Below are positions 28,076-40,479 of a DNA stretch of 64,000 nt, one piece after another. Position 1 is the first letter of the stretch; each line of letters starts with the position of its first letter. The stretch is taken from the NCBI RefSeq assembly GCF_009914755.1, contig NC_060938.1. One strand, given 5' to 3'. The position numbers and the translations under genes were made by a program. The stretch is from the human T2T-CHM13v2.0 reference genome, Homo sapiens. The notes under the pieces are model-generated. The model worked only from the letters and a program-made list of their open reading frames with translations, searched no databases and had not been told where the DNA came from.

Positions 28076-31000
28076 TTTTGCTGTTTGTTAAGTGATTTCA
28101 GCAACAAGTGTGCATTAGCAGCTTCTTCTCGCCTCCCTCCTCCCAGGCCTGCTGGACCTCTGGAGACTGAGAGAACTGTGCGAGCTTGAGATGGGGTCAG
28201 CCCCGCTCTGCGGGTCCCAGCAAGGGAGTCCTGAAGTGGGGGTGGTCTGGGTCTTTGGTCTGCCCTCAGGGATTCTGTTGGAGCTCAGCGCCCCACCAGC
28301 CTCACAGGCCCCAGCCGCTTGCACTCCCCAGGACTGTGGCCAGCTGGGCCCCTGGTTGGCCCAAGCCTTGGGCCCCTTGGGCAGCCCTTGCCCCGCCAGT
28401 GTGCATGCTGCCCATGCAGGTGTGCCCGCCTGGTGAGGGAGCCGCGTGGAGAAGTGAGGGACCCTTGAGGAGCCTGGAGGAGCTGGGCTGGGAGGAGGCC
28501 TGGCTCCTCAGGTGCCTGTACAGGCTGATTAGATGGAACCCCCACCAGAATTGTAACTGAGGGGCTACTCCAGGAGCCCAGGGATCTGCTGACAGGCGAG
28601 GGTGGGGCCCACTGGTACCTTGGAAGGCTTCCTGGAGGAGGCAGACCTCAACTTGGTGAAGACAGTGTCCCTGGCAGGGGAGTCAGTGGAGAAGGGCAGA
28701 GAATGTGAGGAGGCTGCCCATGGGCCAAAGCAGTGGGGGACGCAGGAGGAGGTGGGCACTTGGCTCCCCCTCCCCACTATTCTGTCCCTGCTCCACTGTC
28801 ACTGTAGCTGAGGCGAGGCAAGGCACCACTCCTCTCCCAGGTTCATCTCTGCATCTATAAAGCCAGGCATTGGAAGAGCCAGCCTGTAGGCTCACAGCTA
28901 GGGTCAGAGAAGGTCAAGTCTGTGGGGGTGTCCTGGAGGGGGCTGGAGCTGGCCTGGGGCTGGTGGGTGAAGACCTGTGTATCAGTGTGTCCAGGGGGTC
29001 ACTGGGATCCCTGGGCTCCGTGGGAGGGGTATCCCAGACAGAGGGAGGAGCTGTGCAAAGGCCCCAAGGTGGGGCTTCTGAGGGCTGAGTCTTCCTGCCC
29101 CACAGTCACTGCAGAGCCTGACACATGGCAGGCATCTGGTCTACAGCACCTACTGTGTGCCTGTCTGTGGGTGGGGAAGCTGGAGTTGAGCACTGAGGGT
29201 GCTGAGTGCACGGCCCCAGTGTCCCCCTACTGTGTCCTGAGGACAGGGTGAGTGGGATCCCCTGGCCCATGTGGGGGCAGGGTCCTCATGACCCACAGTG
29301 GGAGCACCTTCTATGTATTTCTTTTAGGCTCAAGAATGGCTGTTTTGGTGAAAAGAGTTGCACCCCGTGCTCGGCGAGCTTGGTCACTGTCGAAAGTGAA
29401 GATTGCCACTGGCCTGAGCAAGGCGGTTGGGGGTGGTGGTACTGAGGCTGGTGCGGGAGATGGGCAGCCCCCACCCTCTGCCCCATGTGGCTGCTGGGGC
29501 CTCCCTCTCGTCACGCCTCTGGCCTTTGCCCTTTCTCCTCCTGTTCTGACAGGGGAGCTCCTATGACCTCTGGGGCCCACCCCATCACCCCCACCCAGCA
29601 GGCTGATGGTGCCTCAGGGCCTTTGCGCCCACCATCCCCCTCCTGCAGCCTCCTTCCCTCAGGGCTTGCTTGGATAGTATCTTCGTGGAAGCTCCTGTCA
29701 CCCTCAGCCCCCTTTCCCCACAGATCCCCCGGCCCCACCGATGCCCCACACCTGCATTTGTGGTGGAGCACATGCCCCAGGCTGGGGTTCCTGCTCCCTG
29801 CTGGTGCCTGGCCCCGGCACAGAGTGGGCCTTCCACAAGTGACTGCAGGCGTGGCCTGGTGACCAGATGTGGGCCTGTCTGTGTCCTTCATTGCTGTGTG
29901 ACTTTGGGCAAGCTGCCTAGCTCCCAGTTCCTCAGTTTCTCCTTCTGTGAAACAAGAACACATAATGCCCATCTCGTGGGGATCATGAGGCTGGGTGTGT
30001 GTGTCTCCCGGTAGGGCCCGTGTGTCATAGGCACTCAGGAAGTGGTGCTGGGACTTAGTGTCAGGCTGACCACTTGATGCAGGAGCTGAGCCAGTTTAGA
30101 GCAGAGTGCGAATGTGGCTCCCTTCTCAGACCTCGCCTCAGTGGGCCATGGGATGGTGGGCCTTGCTCCTACCCTTGCTGTCCCTGTCACTCTCTGGGCA
30201 TTGGCCTTTTCCAGGTTCAATCTCACGGCAGAAGCCACCAGCTGGGGCTGCCGCCCTCATTCATTCCCACTGGACAAGTCCAGAACTCAGATTGACTGAC
30301 TTCTGTCACACACATGCTCCACACCCAGGCTCCTTGGGCAGGTGTGGTGGGAACTGTGATTTGTAGCAGGGAAAGTAATCTCCTCCCCAAGTGCAGGACC
30401 CTCCTACAAGTATTTTCACGAGGGTGTGTCTCCCCAGCTCCAGGCCTGAGCAGGCCTCAGCACATGTTTGTGGAATGAATGGATGCTGTGCGAATGAACC
30501 CAGACACATGGGGGAGGGAAAGCTGCAGTGGTCGGGGTGGAGGGAGGCCCGGGCTTCTCAGGCCGTTTCTTATTTGCCTTTCCCATCCCCACACCTCACT
30601 GCCAGCCCCAGACCTTGGAGTCCAGATGCTCTGCTTCCTGACCCAGTACAAACCCCAGTGGTTTTCCACCTTCCTGATGGTGATTTTGTGATGGAGAATT
30701 TCATTGCAGCGTTTGCTGATTGTTCCCTACCGTGTGATATGTTCGTGTTACCACTGATTTAACATGACCATCAGTCACAGATGACACTGTGTCAGGCTTC
30801 TGAGGGCTGGGATATAGCTGTTGAAAGGCTTCCTGTCTGCCTGGGCTCCTGGCCCCACTCCTGTGCTGGGCACACATCACTGCCTGCCACCTGTGGGACT
30901 CGGAGCCAGGAGACCAGCTCATGTCCCAGGGCCATTTCCTGCTGGTCTGAGGCCTTTGCAGGGGCCTTGCTTCTCTGAGCTTTGTTTTCTCATCTGTAAA

Positions 31001-33879
31001 GTGGGCCTGTGGGGATAAGGAGAGACGAGGCAAAGGAAAGGACTTTGCAGATTGTCACCCAACTTCACTTGGGACAAACGCCATCCACTTCTGTGCGCCT
31101 GAAGTCCATTTATTTTCAAGTTGGTGGCCTTGAACCAACCCAAAGCTCTGACCCTTCTGGGGCGGGGGGGCCACCCAGGGCTCCACAGAAAACCCACTGT
31201 GGCGGTTACTTAGCTCCACCCTCTGTGGGTTTGATTTCTCAACACAGGCGCCTGTGGGAGCCAGCTGGCTGCCAGCCCCTTCCCTTTTTAGGTCATTTTA
31301 TTGGGAAGAATGGCAGGTGTGCACCATGCTTTTATCTATTTCTTTTTCCAAACACTTTCTTCCAAAGAACATTCTTAAAGACTGACTTTGATCCTTGGCA
31401 AGGTGTCAGGGAGTTCACCGTTTGCAGTTTTAAAATAAGAAAGCTAAATTTAGAAAATGTGGAGCAGGAATGAAAAAGGAGTATGGTCTCTTCCCTCCAC
31501 CCACCTTCCTGGGGCTGAGTGTTCACCTTCATCCTCTCCTAGAAAATCTGGGATGCCAGATCCGAAGCCATCGTGGAGAAAAACGGCTTCACCTCCAGAT
31601 GCTGTGCAGGCTGTGTGTGCTGGCTGCAGTGCTGTGTGCCGGGCGTGGCCGTGGCTTTTTTCTGAGTGCAGCTGATGCTCGCAGCTTCTGACAGGGTGTC
31701 CATGATCCCCACTGTCCAGCAGAGGAAACTGCTGCCCTGAGGGCAGGGAGCCATGCCCAAGGCCCTCTGACCCCAAGCCTGAGCTCTTTTTGCACCTGGG
31801 ATCCCTTCCCAAATGGCCTCCCGTAGGCGCCACCTCCACCTCACTTTGGCTGTCTGTACAGTGGGAGACCCAGCTGCCTAGAGGGTCCCTGGAAATTGCA
31901 TTGATGAATGTCCTCAGGCTCCAGCAAGGGAAGCTGGCCAGGGGGCCTGGGTCTTGCCCAAGGTGACACTGTCAACTGGTGGCAGAGCCCAACCCTGCGC
32001 TGCCCTGCCGAGAGCTGAGGAGAAACATACATGGATGTGTGGGCGGGTGGCGGATGTGCAGACAGGGCCTCCCTGACGGCAAGGCAGGATCTCAGTGCAG
32101 GGAGAGGGCAGGGGTGGAGCAGGGAACCCTGTGCCAAGGCCGGCTGCCTGGGTAGATGGGGACTGTCCAGGACTTCCCGTTCAGCTGTGGGGACAGTCCA
32201 AGTGCAGAAGGTCGAAGGGCAGATCCAGAGGGAAACTGCCAGCTCCAGAGCTCAGCCCCTTGGGAGCCCCACAGGAGCACTGAACAGTTTCTAGAACTCT
32301 CCAGCTGTCACAGATCTGTGCCTTTTCATGGCTGTGTTCCATTTGCCTAAAATACCTGTTGAACTCCTATTCATCCTTCAACACCCATTGTGATCCTCTC
32401 CTCTGACCCCTTTCATTCGTCCTCCTGGAGCAGTGAGGGCCCTCCCCTCTGAGAGGCCCACAGGCCCTGTGTTCTGGAAGCCCTGAGCTGAGTGTTACAC
32501 TGTCTGCCTTCCTCCCCCACCTCTGAGTTCCTTGTGGGCAGGGCCAGGTCCCCGAGGCCAGCATGAGGCTGCCAGCTGACAACAGCACCAGGGAAAGGAG
32601 GGGGGCACCGAGACCCAGCCCAAGGGATCCCGCGAGAGAAGAGTCACTGGTCAGAGCCACAGGTGCTCCTAAGTCTCAGGGCCCTGCTGAGCCAGCTTTG
32701 AGCCATGAGAATTGGGGATAGTGAACCAAGGTTCCCCAGCCTCAGCACCACAAGGAGCAGTGTCCTGACTGCCGTGCACAGCAGGCAGGCCCCCACCCCG
32801 GGGGTGTCAGCCTGACCCTGCCGCTGCAAGCCATGTGGACCCTCTCCTTCCTCTTCTCTCCTGCGCCTGAAGGCTGCCTGGCTCTGCAGCCAAAGTCACC
32901 GTCCCTACCCAGTCCTAGGCAGGGACCTAATGGTCCTGGCTGCTCCGGGAACAAGACACCTTGGAGGCCCGGCTGTGGCAGGCATTGCAGCCCAGGCAGG
33001 AGAGCCCTGTGAGGTGTGGAGGCCATCTTGGGGGCCGCAGGCTCTGAGGTGGCAATTTGGGGCCAACACCCTGGGTCTGGCCCCCCCAGATCTGGGCCAA
33101 GGCTGCCGCCCAGGGCAGGTATGTCTGATTCAGTAGCCCCCAGGAGTGAGACCTGGGTGGGGCCTTTGTCACCTAGAAGTGGCAGAGCCAGGGCGCCCCT
33201 CTTTTTGGCCTCAGCTTTCCCACGTCTGGGTGACAGAAATCTCACAGTTGACACTGGGGTAGCTGAAGCTTGGGTTCCCCTCTGGGAATGCCTCTGCCCA
33301 CCGGGTGCCAGTTATTTCTCTCTCCCACCCTCTTGGCTGCCCCCAGCTCAGTGAGGGCTGTAGCCCCTGTTCTGCCCACAGGCCCCAGAGAGGAGAACAG
33401 AATCCCAAACCTCTCCAAGCTTCCCCCGGCTCAGGGAGGCTGCTTCCTGGGACGGCAGCTATGGCTGGAGAAGACACAGCCTGGCTGGCTCTGGCTTCTT
33501 CTGCAGAGGAAGGGGGAGGGCAGGGATGCAGGGAGCCACGGCTGATGCCCACTCTCCTTGGAGTGGTCTGACCATAGGCAGAGCCACGCTAGAGCTACAC
33601 ACAAAGCCAGGCGTGCCAGGGAACCTCCAGACACGAACCTGGGTGAGGTGCTCCCCACTGGGACATGCCCCAGGCACCTACAGGGACAGCTATAAAGGCC
33701 CTCTTAGGGAGGGGCCTCCATCCTCAGCCTTGAACCCACACATGCACCTCTTCAAGGGCAGGGATGAGCATGTGTCCAAGATGAGCAGGCGTCCAGAGAA
33801 ACAGGGCCGCCGGAGCGGGAACCACGAGGAGGCCTGCACAGACCACATGGTCCGGTCCCAGACCAGCTTGTGAAATGGT

Positions 33880-34570
33880 TGTGCCCACTGTTTTGATAGA
33901 AATAAGAGATGAGCTGGAAAATATCTCCAGGGAATGGGAAGCTAAGAAAGTGGCACTGTGGATTTGTAAAACAACCAAGTAGAACCTCCAGAAATGAAAA
34001 ACATGAATAACTGAAATGAAAACCTCAGCGGCTGTGTGTGGCGGCTGAATAGACATAGGAGGGAATTAGTGAGTTGGAAGACAGATGATGTGCAGTGTAG
34101 CAGGGAGAGCGCAGCAACCACGGAGGGTGTGGGGAGGGGCGGCAGGGCCCGCTGCAGGCCTGGGATGGCACAGGGTGTGGGGAGGGGTGACAGGGACCGT
34201 TGCAGGCCTGGAGTGGCACAGGGCATGGTGGGGGGTGACAGGGCCACTGCAGGCCTGAGGTAGCACAGGTCTGGGAAACAAACCCGGAGGGAGAAAACAG
34301 AGAGAATGGGCAGAGAAATGTTTTTAAAAAAATAATAGTTGAGAATTTTTCAGAACTGATGAAGTCCACCAATCCACAGATGTGACTCCCTGAGGATCCT
34401 CAGAAGGATTCCTAAGAAGGAACTCCACACCCAGACACACCTCAGGGAAACTGCAGAAAGCCAAAGTCAAAGAGAAAATCTTAAAGAGCCGGGGAAAAGA
34501 AAGCAATTTTTTTTTTCTAACCAATGGAGCGGCTCCGGGACTGACAGCCAGTTCCCAATACCAACAGGAA
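33880..34570 (+). mobile_element. Old L1 ORF1-region fragment (L1M/HAL1-like), sense
   Basis: aaccaagtagaacctccagaaatgaaaaa, attagtgagttggaagacaga, gagaatttttcagaactgatgaa and aaagagaaaatcttaaa. Confidence 0.7.
34125..34268. repeat. Minisatellite, 3 x 48 bp, G-rich
   Basis: Units start at 34125, 34173 and 34221. Confidence 0.9.
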
Positions 34571-34965
34571 GACAGAGCAGAGCGGCAGCATCCCGTGTGC
34601 CCGGGAAAAGGCCACCTGCCGACATTCCATCCGTGGCCCCAGTACATCTCAAGGAGCAGAAGCCAAGTCTGAGACACGAGGATTAGGGGCCAGGAAATCG
34701 GTGGGGCAGCGCGCAGGAGAATGGGATGAAAGAGCTGTTGTCTCCAGTGGGTTGGGAGAAGCAGGAGAATCCACACCCTAGATAGGAACTTGGATGGCGG
34801 GGTGGGGACGGGGTGTTATGGGGATGGGGTGTGAAGTGGGGTTAAGGGGCCCAACTCGGCTGCAGAGAGCAAGGCTGGGGAGGGACACCAGGGACCCCAG
34901 GTTCCCGAGACCAAAAGGCAGGAGGAGGAGAAACAGCCCAACCCAGATTCTTTCCACCGGTGTCT

Positions 34966-34971
34966 TTTATT
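34966..34971 (-). terminator. BEGAIN: BEGAIN polyadenylation signal AATAAA
   Basis: tttatt on the + strand (AATAAA on -), ~800 nt after the stop codon, with a UGUA element ~15 nt upstream (actgtattttgc on -). Confidence 0.8.
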
Positions 34972-35689
34972 AATGAATGCAAAATACAGTACTAACTGGC
35001 AGGGCATGCATCAGAGACAACAAGAATGCAAGCTACAGAAACCAGGAATGGAGGGCCTCCTCATGTCTGAGGTAGAGTAAGACGGTGTCAGGGGGCGGAC
35101 CCGGGGGCGGAGATGAGCACCGGCCGCACTGGGGCATCATCCCGGCCCACCCGGGACGATGGGCCGTGGGAGGGCTCAGGGCGGTGTGGTGGCCACACTG
35201 CGAAGAATGGATTTTTAAAACACTTCATAGCCCCGAATTTGTTTCAGCTCCCTCTTCGTGGACACAACTTCAGGGCTCCCTTGTCACTGGCTTGCGGGGG
35301 TGGTCTCCCCACTTGCAGAGTCTGGTCTCCACAGGACACCGTCCTTCCCTTCCCTTCCAAGGGGCAGGCCCCACGCACCCTCGCCCAAAAAATAAAGGAG
35401 CTTTGTGTTGAAAACGCCAAGGCAGCCGTCCAGGGAGCTGGAGGCCAAGTGCGTTAAGAAAGACCCTTTTTCTCTATAAAAATAGTTTCGCTTTATAAAA
35501 GGGGGGATGCTCCTCTCACATGGGGGAAGGACGCGTGAAAAACGCTCTAAGTGGAGTTCCACGGGGCGGGGCCGGGTGGACACCGTGGTGTGGGGGACCC
35601 TCCCCTCAGGCCTACAGGGCTGGGGAGGAGAGGAGGTGCGGGGAGGAACAGACTCCTCGTTGTTGGCCGGGGCAGGGGAACAGCGGGGG

Positions 35690-37150
35690 CTGGGGAGAGG
35701 TGAGGCCGGCCCTTCTGGGGCACGTGGGCTGGCGGGGAGCGAACCACGGCCAGGCCTGCACGCAGGCGCTCAGTTGAGCAAGGTTCCGTAGAGCTGGGCC
35801 TTGGTGAGGCTGTCCTTGCGGCTCAGCCCCGAGCCACCAGTCCGCGGAAAGGCCTGCTGGGGGCTGAGGCGGGCGGCAGGATGCATTTCCGGGGAGGCCT
35901 CCATGGAGCTCGGCTCCAAGGAGTCCCTGGAACCCTGCTCGGGCTCAGGGCTGCTGGCGGTCCCACACAGCTGCACCCCGAGCCTGTCCCCGTCCCCCCC
36001 CTCGCTGGGTGCATAGCCGGGCAGTGGGTCAGCCGAGCGGCCGGGACTGAGGCTCAGGTCGCCGCCCGCCCGCAGGAAGCAGGGCTCTGCCAGGTGGCCC
36101 TGGGAGAGGTCGTCCCCCTCGGAGAAGCTGTCGGCCTTGTAGCTGGCGTAGAGCGGGCTGGCGCGGCCGTCGGCCTTCTTGCCCGGGCTGCCCCCGGCCC
36201 CGCCGTAGTAGCGTTCAGAGAAGCTGCAGGGTGAGGCGCGGCCGGCAGCGCTCACGGGGTAGGAGTAGGCGCCGATGTCCTCCACGCTCAGGGGACGCCA
36301 CTGGCCCCTCATGTCCTCCCCGGGGAGCCGGGCGGTCCCCGGCTTGGCCCGCAGGCTCCACAGGTTTGGGGGCATCAGGGCCTGCTGGGGACCCGGAGAG
36401 GCCGGGAAGCGGAAGGTCTCGGCCGGGTACGGTGACATGGTCCGCCCGAAGCCTGGGGCCACTTCGGCCTCCAGCGGGGCCGCCACCGCGGCCGTGGCCT
36501 TGGCAAAGCGAGGGCTGCCCTCGTAGGTGGTGGCGGGTGGCTTGCGGTCGAAGAGCTCGTCGCGGCTGTTCAGGTAGATGGCCTGCTGCGACGCGGTCAG
36601 CGTGCTGGCCTGCGCGTGCTCCTTCTCCTCCGACGTGGCGCTGAAGCTGGAGTAGGAGCTGGACGTGGGCAGTGAGCCTGCGTAGCTGGGGAAGGCCTCA
36701 TGCTGGAAGCCCGCCGGGAAGGCCGCCGCCTCGGCCTCCTCCTCCTCCTCGGCCGCGCTGTCAGTGGAGTTCTGGGCCCGCAGGAAGCCCACGTCGGTCA
36801 CGGGCGCGTCCACGCTAGGCCGCCGGTCTCGCCGCCGCTCCTCCGGGCAGTAGAGGGCTGTGTCACTGCAGTAGATGTCTCCCTTGTAGGGGGGCCGCGG
36901 GCCTGGTTTCTCCACCCCGTCGCAGAAGGCCAGGTCGCGGGCGGAGGCATCGGACAGGCGGGAGGACAGGCTGGCGGGGTCCGGCTTCTCCAGCACCTTG
37001 GCAATGACGCAGGTGGGGACGCTGTCGGCGTAGGCCGGGTGGCAGAGCGGGGATGGCAGGCTGCAGCCGTGCTTCTCCATGTGCAGGCTCACGCGCTCCT
37101 GGAAATCCGAGGGCAGCTGGAACGGGTGCGAGGAGGGGGACGGCGGGTAC
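35690..37150. promoter_or_regulatory. CpG-rich island overlapping the BEGAIN last exon
   Basis: Dense CpG across the 1.35-kb terminal exon compared with the flanking introns. Confidence 0.7.
35770..37116 (-). CDS. BEGAIN: BEGAIN terminal coding exon (1347 nt including TGA), CpG-rich
   Basis: Acceptor ccgttccag|CTGCCC on the - strand. Encodes LPSDFQERVSLHMEKHG...RKDSLTKAQLYGTLLN*, recognised as brain-enriched guanylate kinase-associated protein. Confidence 0.96.
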   Translation of the reverse strand: MPSDFQERVSLHMEKHGCSLPSPLCHPAYADSVPTCVIAKVLEKPDPASLSSRLSDASARDLAFCDGVEKPGPRPPYKGDIYCSDTALYCPEERRRDRRPSVDAPVTDVGFLRAQNSTDSAAEEEEEAEAAAFPAGFQHEAFPSYAGSLPTSSSYSSFSATSEEKEHAQASTLTASQQAIYLNSRDELFDRKPPATTYEGSPRFAKATAAVAAPLEAEVAPGFGRTMSPYPAETFRFPASPGPQQALMPPNLWSLRAKPGTARLPGEDMRGQWRPLSVEDIGAYSYPVSAAGRASPCSFSERYYGGAGGSPGKKADGRASPLYASYKADSFSEGDDLSQGHLAEPCFLRAGGDLSLSPGRSADPLPGYAPSEGGDGDRLGVQLCGTASSPEPEQGSRDSLEPSSMEASPEMHPAARLSPQQAFPRTGGSGLSRKDSLTKAQLYGTLLN

Positions 37151-38296
37151 AGGGTCACTGTTAGCATGGCAGCCCAGCCCTGGCCCTGAAGCTGAGGACT
37201 GATGTTAGCCATGACCGACAGGCAGACAGACGAACGGGGGCCTCCCGGCTTCTCAAATCACACCAGGGGGAGCCTGGATCCAGGACGCTGTACTGAACAA
37301 GCTCCCAGGGGTGTGGGTGCTGTGACTGCCTGGGGATCCTGGGTCACCTCTCCCCACCCCACTCTGATTGGGCCCAGGAGAGCCCAGAAGCTGCAGTCGC
37401 CTGGAGAAGCCGGAACCCAGGTCTGATTCAGGCCCCACTCAAGGCTCCACCCCCCGCCACCCCCACCCCACCCATTTTGTGCCCAGCGAGGGGTTGACTT
37501 GCTCTCCCAGGCCCGTGGGTTCTGTGGGTTCTACTGGGGGCATGACCCACTCCCCAGCCCCCCAGTCATGCTGCTGGAGCGCTCCTGAAGAAGACAGACT
37601 CAGATGCAACAAAGATTGAGGGCCAGGGCTGAGAGCGCCTGGTGCCATGTGGGGGTGTCCCGCTACTGTTTGATCTATTTTGTGAGTGTCTCAGGCATGG
37701 CCCAGGACCAGGGGAAAGGAACGCACAGGCCTGGCTGGGAGATTGCATGTGAGGGGAGGGTCGGGGGACGGGGTGCGCAGGGTGCGGCGACCATAGGCGG
37801 GCAGGGGTGGGCCTCTGGCCCATCTGCCCTTGGCATCAGACAGGCCTGGTTCTGGGTCCTGGCTCTGCTACCTGCCTGCCACGTGGCCTCAGCCACGCCC
37901 TCTTTCCTGAATGTTTTCTTTCTGAAATAGGCACTGCCGGTCATCGTGCCCAGCCACAGGCTCCTGCGAAGCTCCACAAAGGTCACTCTGCCGTGTCAGC
38001 GCTCAGTGGAAGCAAGGACCTGGAGCAGCCCCCCAAAGGAAACCGAGGGCAACCAGCAGCCGGGGTGGGCCAAAGGGACTCTGGTGAGGGCCAGGGGCTG
38101 CCCGGCTGCGTGAGGTGGGGTGCCTTTGGCGGCCCCTCCAATGTCATGACCCCACAGGAGCGAGGGGGACAGAGGAGGCTCAGGCTCAGCTGGCATCTTC
38201 CTCCTCAAAGATGGGAAATGGCTTTGGGGTAGCACTGGCACAAAAGGAGCCCGGTGGTCCCGGGGCGGGGTGGGCCTGGCTGCGGGGCCACGTTAC

Positions 38297-38380
38297 CTCA
38301 GACACCTTGTGGACCCTGCCGTAGGTCTGGCTGCACTGCAGCAGCTGGGCCGCTAGATTGCAGTCCTTCCTATAGAGCTC
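38297..38380 (-). CDS. BEGAIN: BEGAIN coding exon, 84 nt
   Basis: tgtcttttag|GAGCTC...TCTGAG|gtaacg. Encodes ELYRKDCNLAAQLLQCSQTYGRVHKVSE; too short to appear in the ORF track. Confidence 0.93.
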
Positions 38381-40479
38381 CTAAAAGACAAGAGAAGGCG
38401 TTTGGCGCCATTCACCCCAGCCAAGGCCCCGCCGCCCTGACCAGCGCCAAGTGGCCAGCGGGGGCAGTGGTGTGCACAGGGCCTGCTGTGCGCTCAGCAG
38501 GACAAGGACCCACTGCTGGCTCCGGCCCTCTCTGGGCTCCACACTCTTGCCTGCAAAATGAGAGCCTCTTTCTGACCTGGGGCTGCCGGAGCATGGAGGG
38601 CCCTGCCGCTGCCCTAGCTGGTGCCCTTGAGCACTGCCAAGATGGGAACCTCCCACAAGGTGGGGGGCAGTGGTAGAAGAAGGAGCCCCAATGGCCCTGA
38701 GCTCCCCCAGGCTCGTAGAGCAGGCCTGGTCTCCCTGTCCCTGTCCCTCAGGCTCTCGGCGTCCTTCCAAAGATGACGGGGTGGGAGTGCCAGGCAGGAA
38801 TGGGAGGCAGGATGAACCCCCAGCACCTTCCACCCCGCACTTCAGACTTGCTGCTCACAACCCTCTTCCCAGAGTGTGGTTTGGAAACAGTGTGGCTGCA
38901 GGGCTGGGCAGGGACTGGGCAGGTGTGTGACCTCAGGCCCAGGCGGGCGCTGGCTCAGCCTCCTGAGCTGAAAACAGATGCAAACAGTAGGACTCAAGGG
39001 GTGTGGCTTCGCCACTGAAAATCTCTGTTGCATGTGCCTGTGTTTGGGGCTTGCATTCCCGCCCCTCCGGGGTCCCCACTGCGAGGGCTCTGACAGCTAG
39101 CCCTGGGGTGGCCCGGAGGCCCAGTGACCCACCTGAGCTGCCCCATGGCTGCTCCTGGCAAGGGCTGGCCACAGTCCCAACCCAGCCAGCACCAGGCATC
39201 CTGCTGTCCAGGCAAGGCTGTCTCTGACACAGGCACCTTTCTGTCCCCCCACCACGGCCCTGGAGCCTCCCTCACTGAAGGCTGGTGCCCCCAACTTGGC
39301 CTACACGGTGGAGGGCGTCGGAGTCGCCAAACCCCTCTCAGTGCCTCCCTGGGCCTCCTAGGAACAGAACAGCACGGCTGCCTGAGAGCTGAGAACTGAC
39401 CCCTTGTATGACCCCAGTCGACCGGCTGCCCCTGGCACCAGAGGGCTGCAGGCACTGCCCAGCCAGCCCAGGTCTGCCACTGAGCCCCACCAGCCACAGC
39501 CAGGAGTGGCTGCCACTGGGAAGCCGGTGCCATGCCCATAGCCCCTGGGGCACCTGGCTGAGTACCCAAGCCCCTGGGCTGTCCATGTCTGAGGTGGCCA
39601 GCTCTGGGACAGCTGGGAGCCTTTCCTGAGCAGCCGCAGCTGCTGGCTCGGGGAGGAAATGCTCACGGGACACTCTGGCAGAGCGAACAGGTGGAGGCAA
39701 GCACTCTGGCCACCCAGGGCCCGGGGCTGCTGGAGTCGGAGTCCCGAGGTTGAGTTCTGGCTCCGTCTGCGAGACACCACCTGGGTCACCTGGGAAACCA
39801 CTCAAGCTGGCCATGCCTTAGTTTCCTCATGTGCACCAACCCTGCAGAGAGGGCCCCAGGACTAGTGTCCACTTAGGTAAGGGGCCTGGCCTTGTCACGT
39901 TAAGAAGCACCTCCTGTCCCGAGCCCATGTCCTCCTGTCCTCCTGTTAGAGCCACACTCCTTAGAAGGGTGGCCTGTGTCTGGAACCACCGCTCCACTCC
40001 ACCACCGACCTCCAGTTCCCCAAATCCCAATGCCTCTCCTTGGCCCTCTGACCTGGTCTCTCAGCAGCTGGCAAGCCAGCCGGCCAGGGCATTGACTGCA
40101 GCCCCCTTCTCAAGTGGTTGTTGGGCCACCATACTCGCCTGGTGTCCCCCAGCCTACTGGCCACTCCCTCCCAGGCATCCTTGCTGGTCCCTACTCCGTC
40201 CTGGGGCCTCCCTGCTTCTCATCTGCATGCTGCCTGGGCAGTCTCCGCCGGCATGCCGGCCTTCACGCTCAACTCCAGACCCGGGCCTCCTGCTGCCCTG
40301 GTGACATCTCCGCTCCAAGGGGTCCTGTGCATCTCCCACCCAGCTCCTGTCCCTCCCCAGCTGTCCCCAGCCAGGAAATGGCAGGCAACTCCTTTTGTTT
40401 GGGCTCTGAATCCTGTAGCTGGGTTGGACTCAGCTCTTCTTCTAACAACCCACATCCTAAATCTTGGTTAGTCCTGTTG

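Noticed and set aside
37117-37212. N-terminus MANISPQLQGQGWAAML... of the 480-aa ORF
   Set aside because: This is intronic read-through upstream of the acceptor at 37116; the real frame enters from the 84-nt exon.
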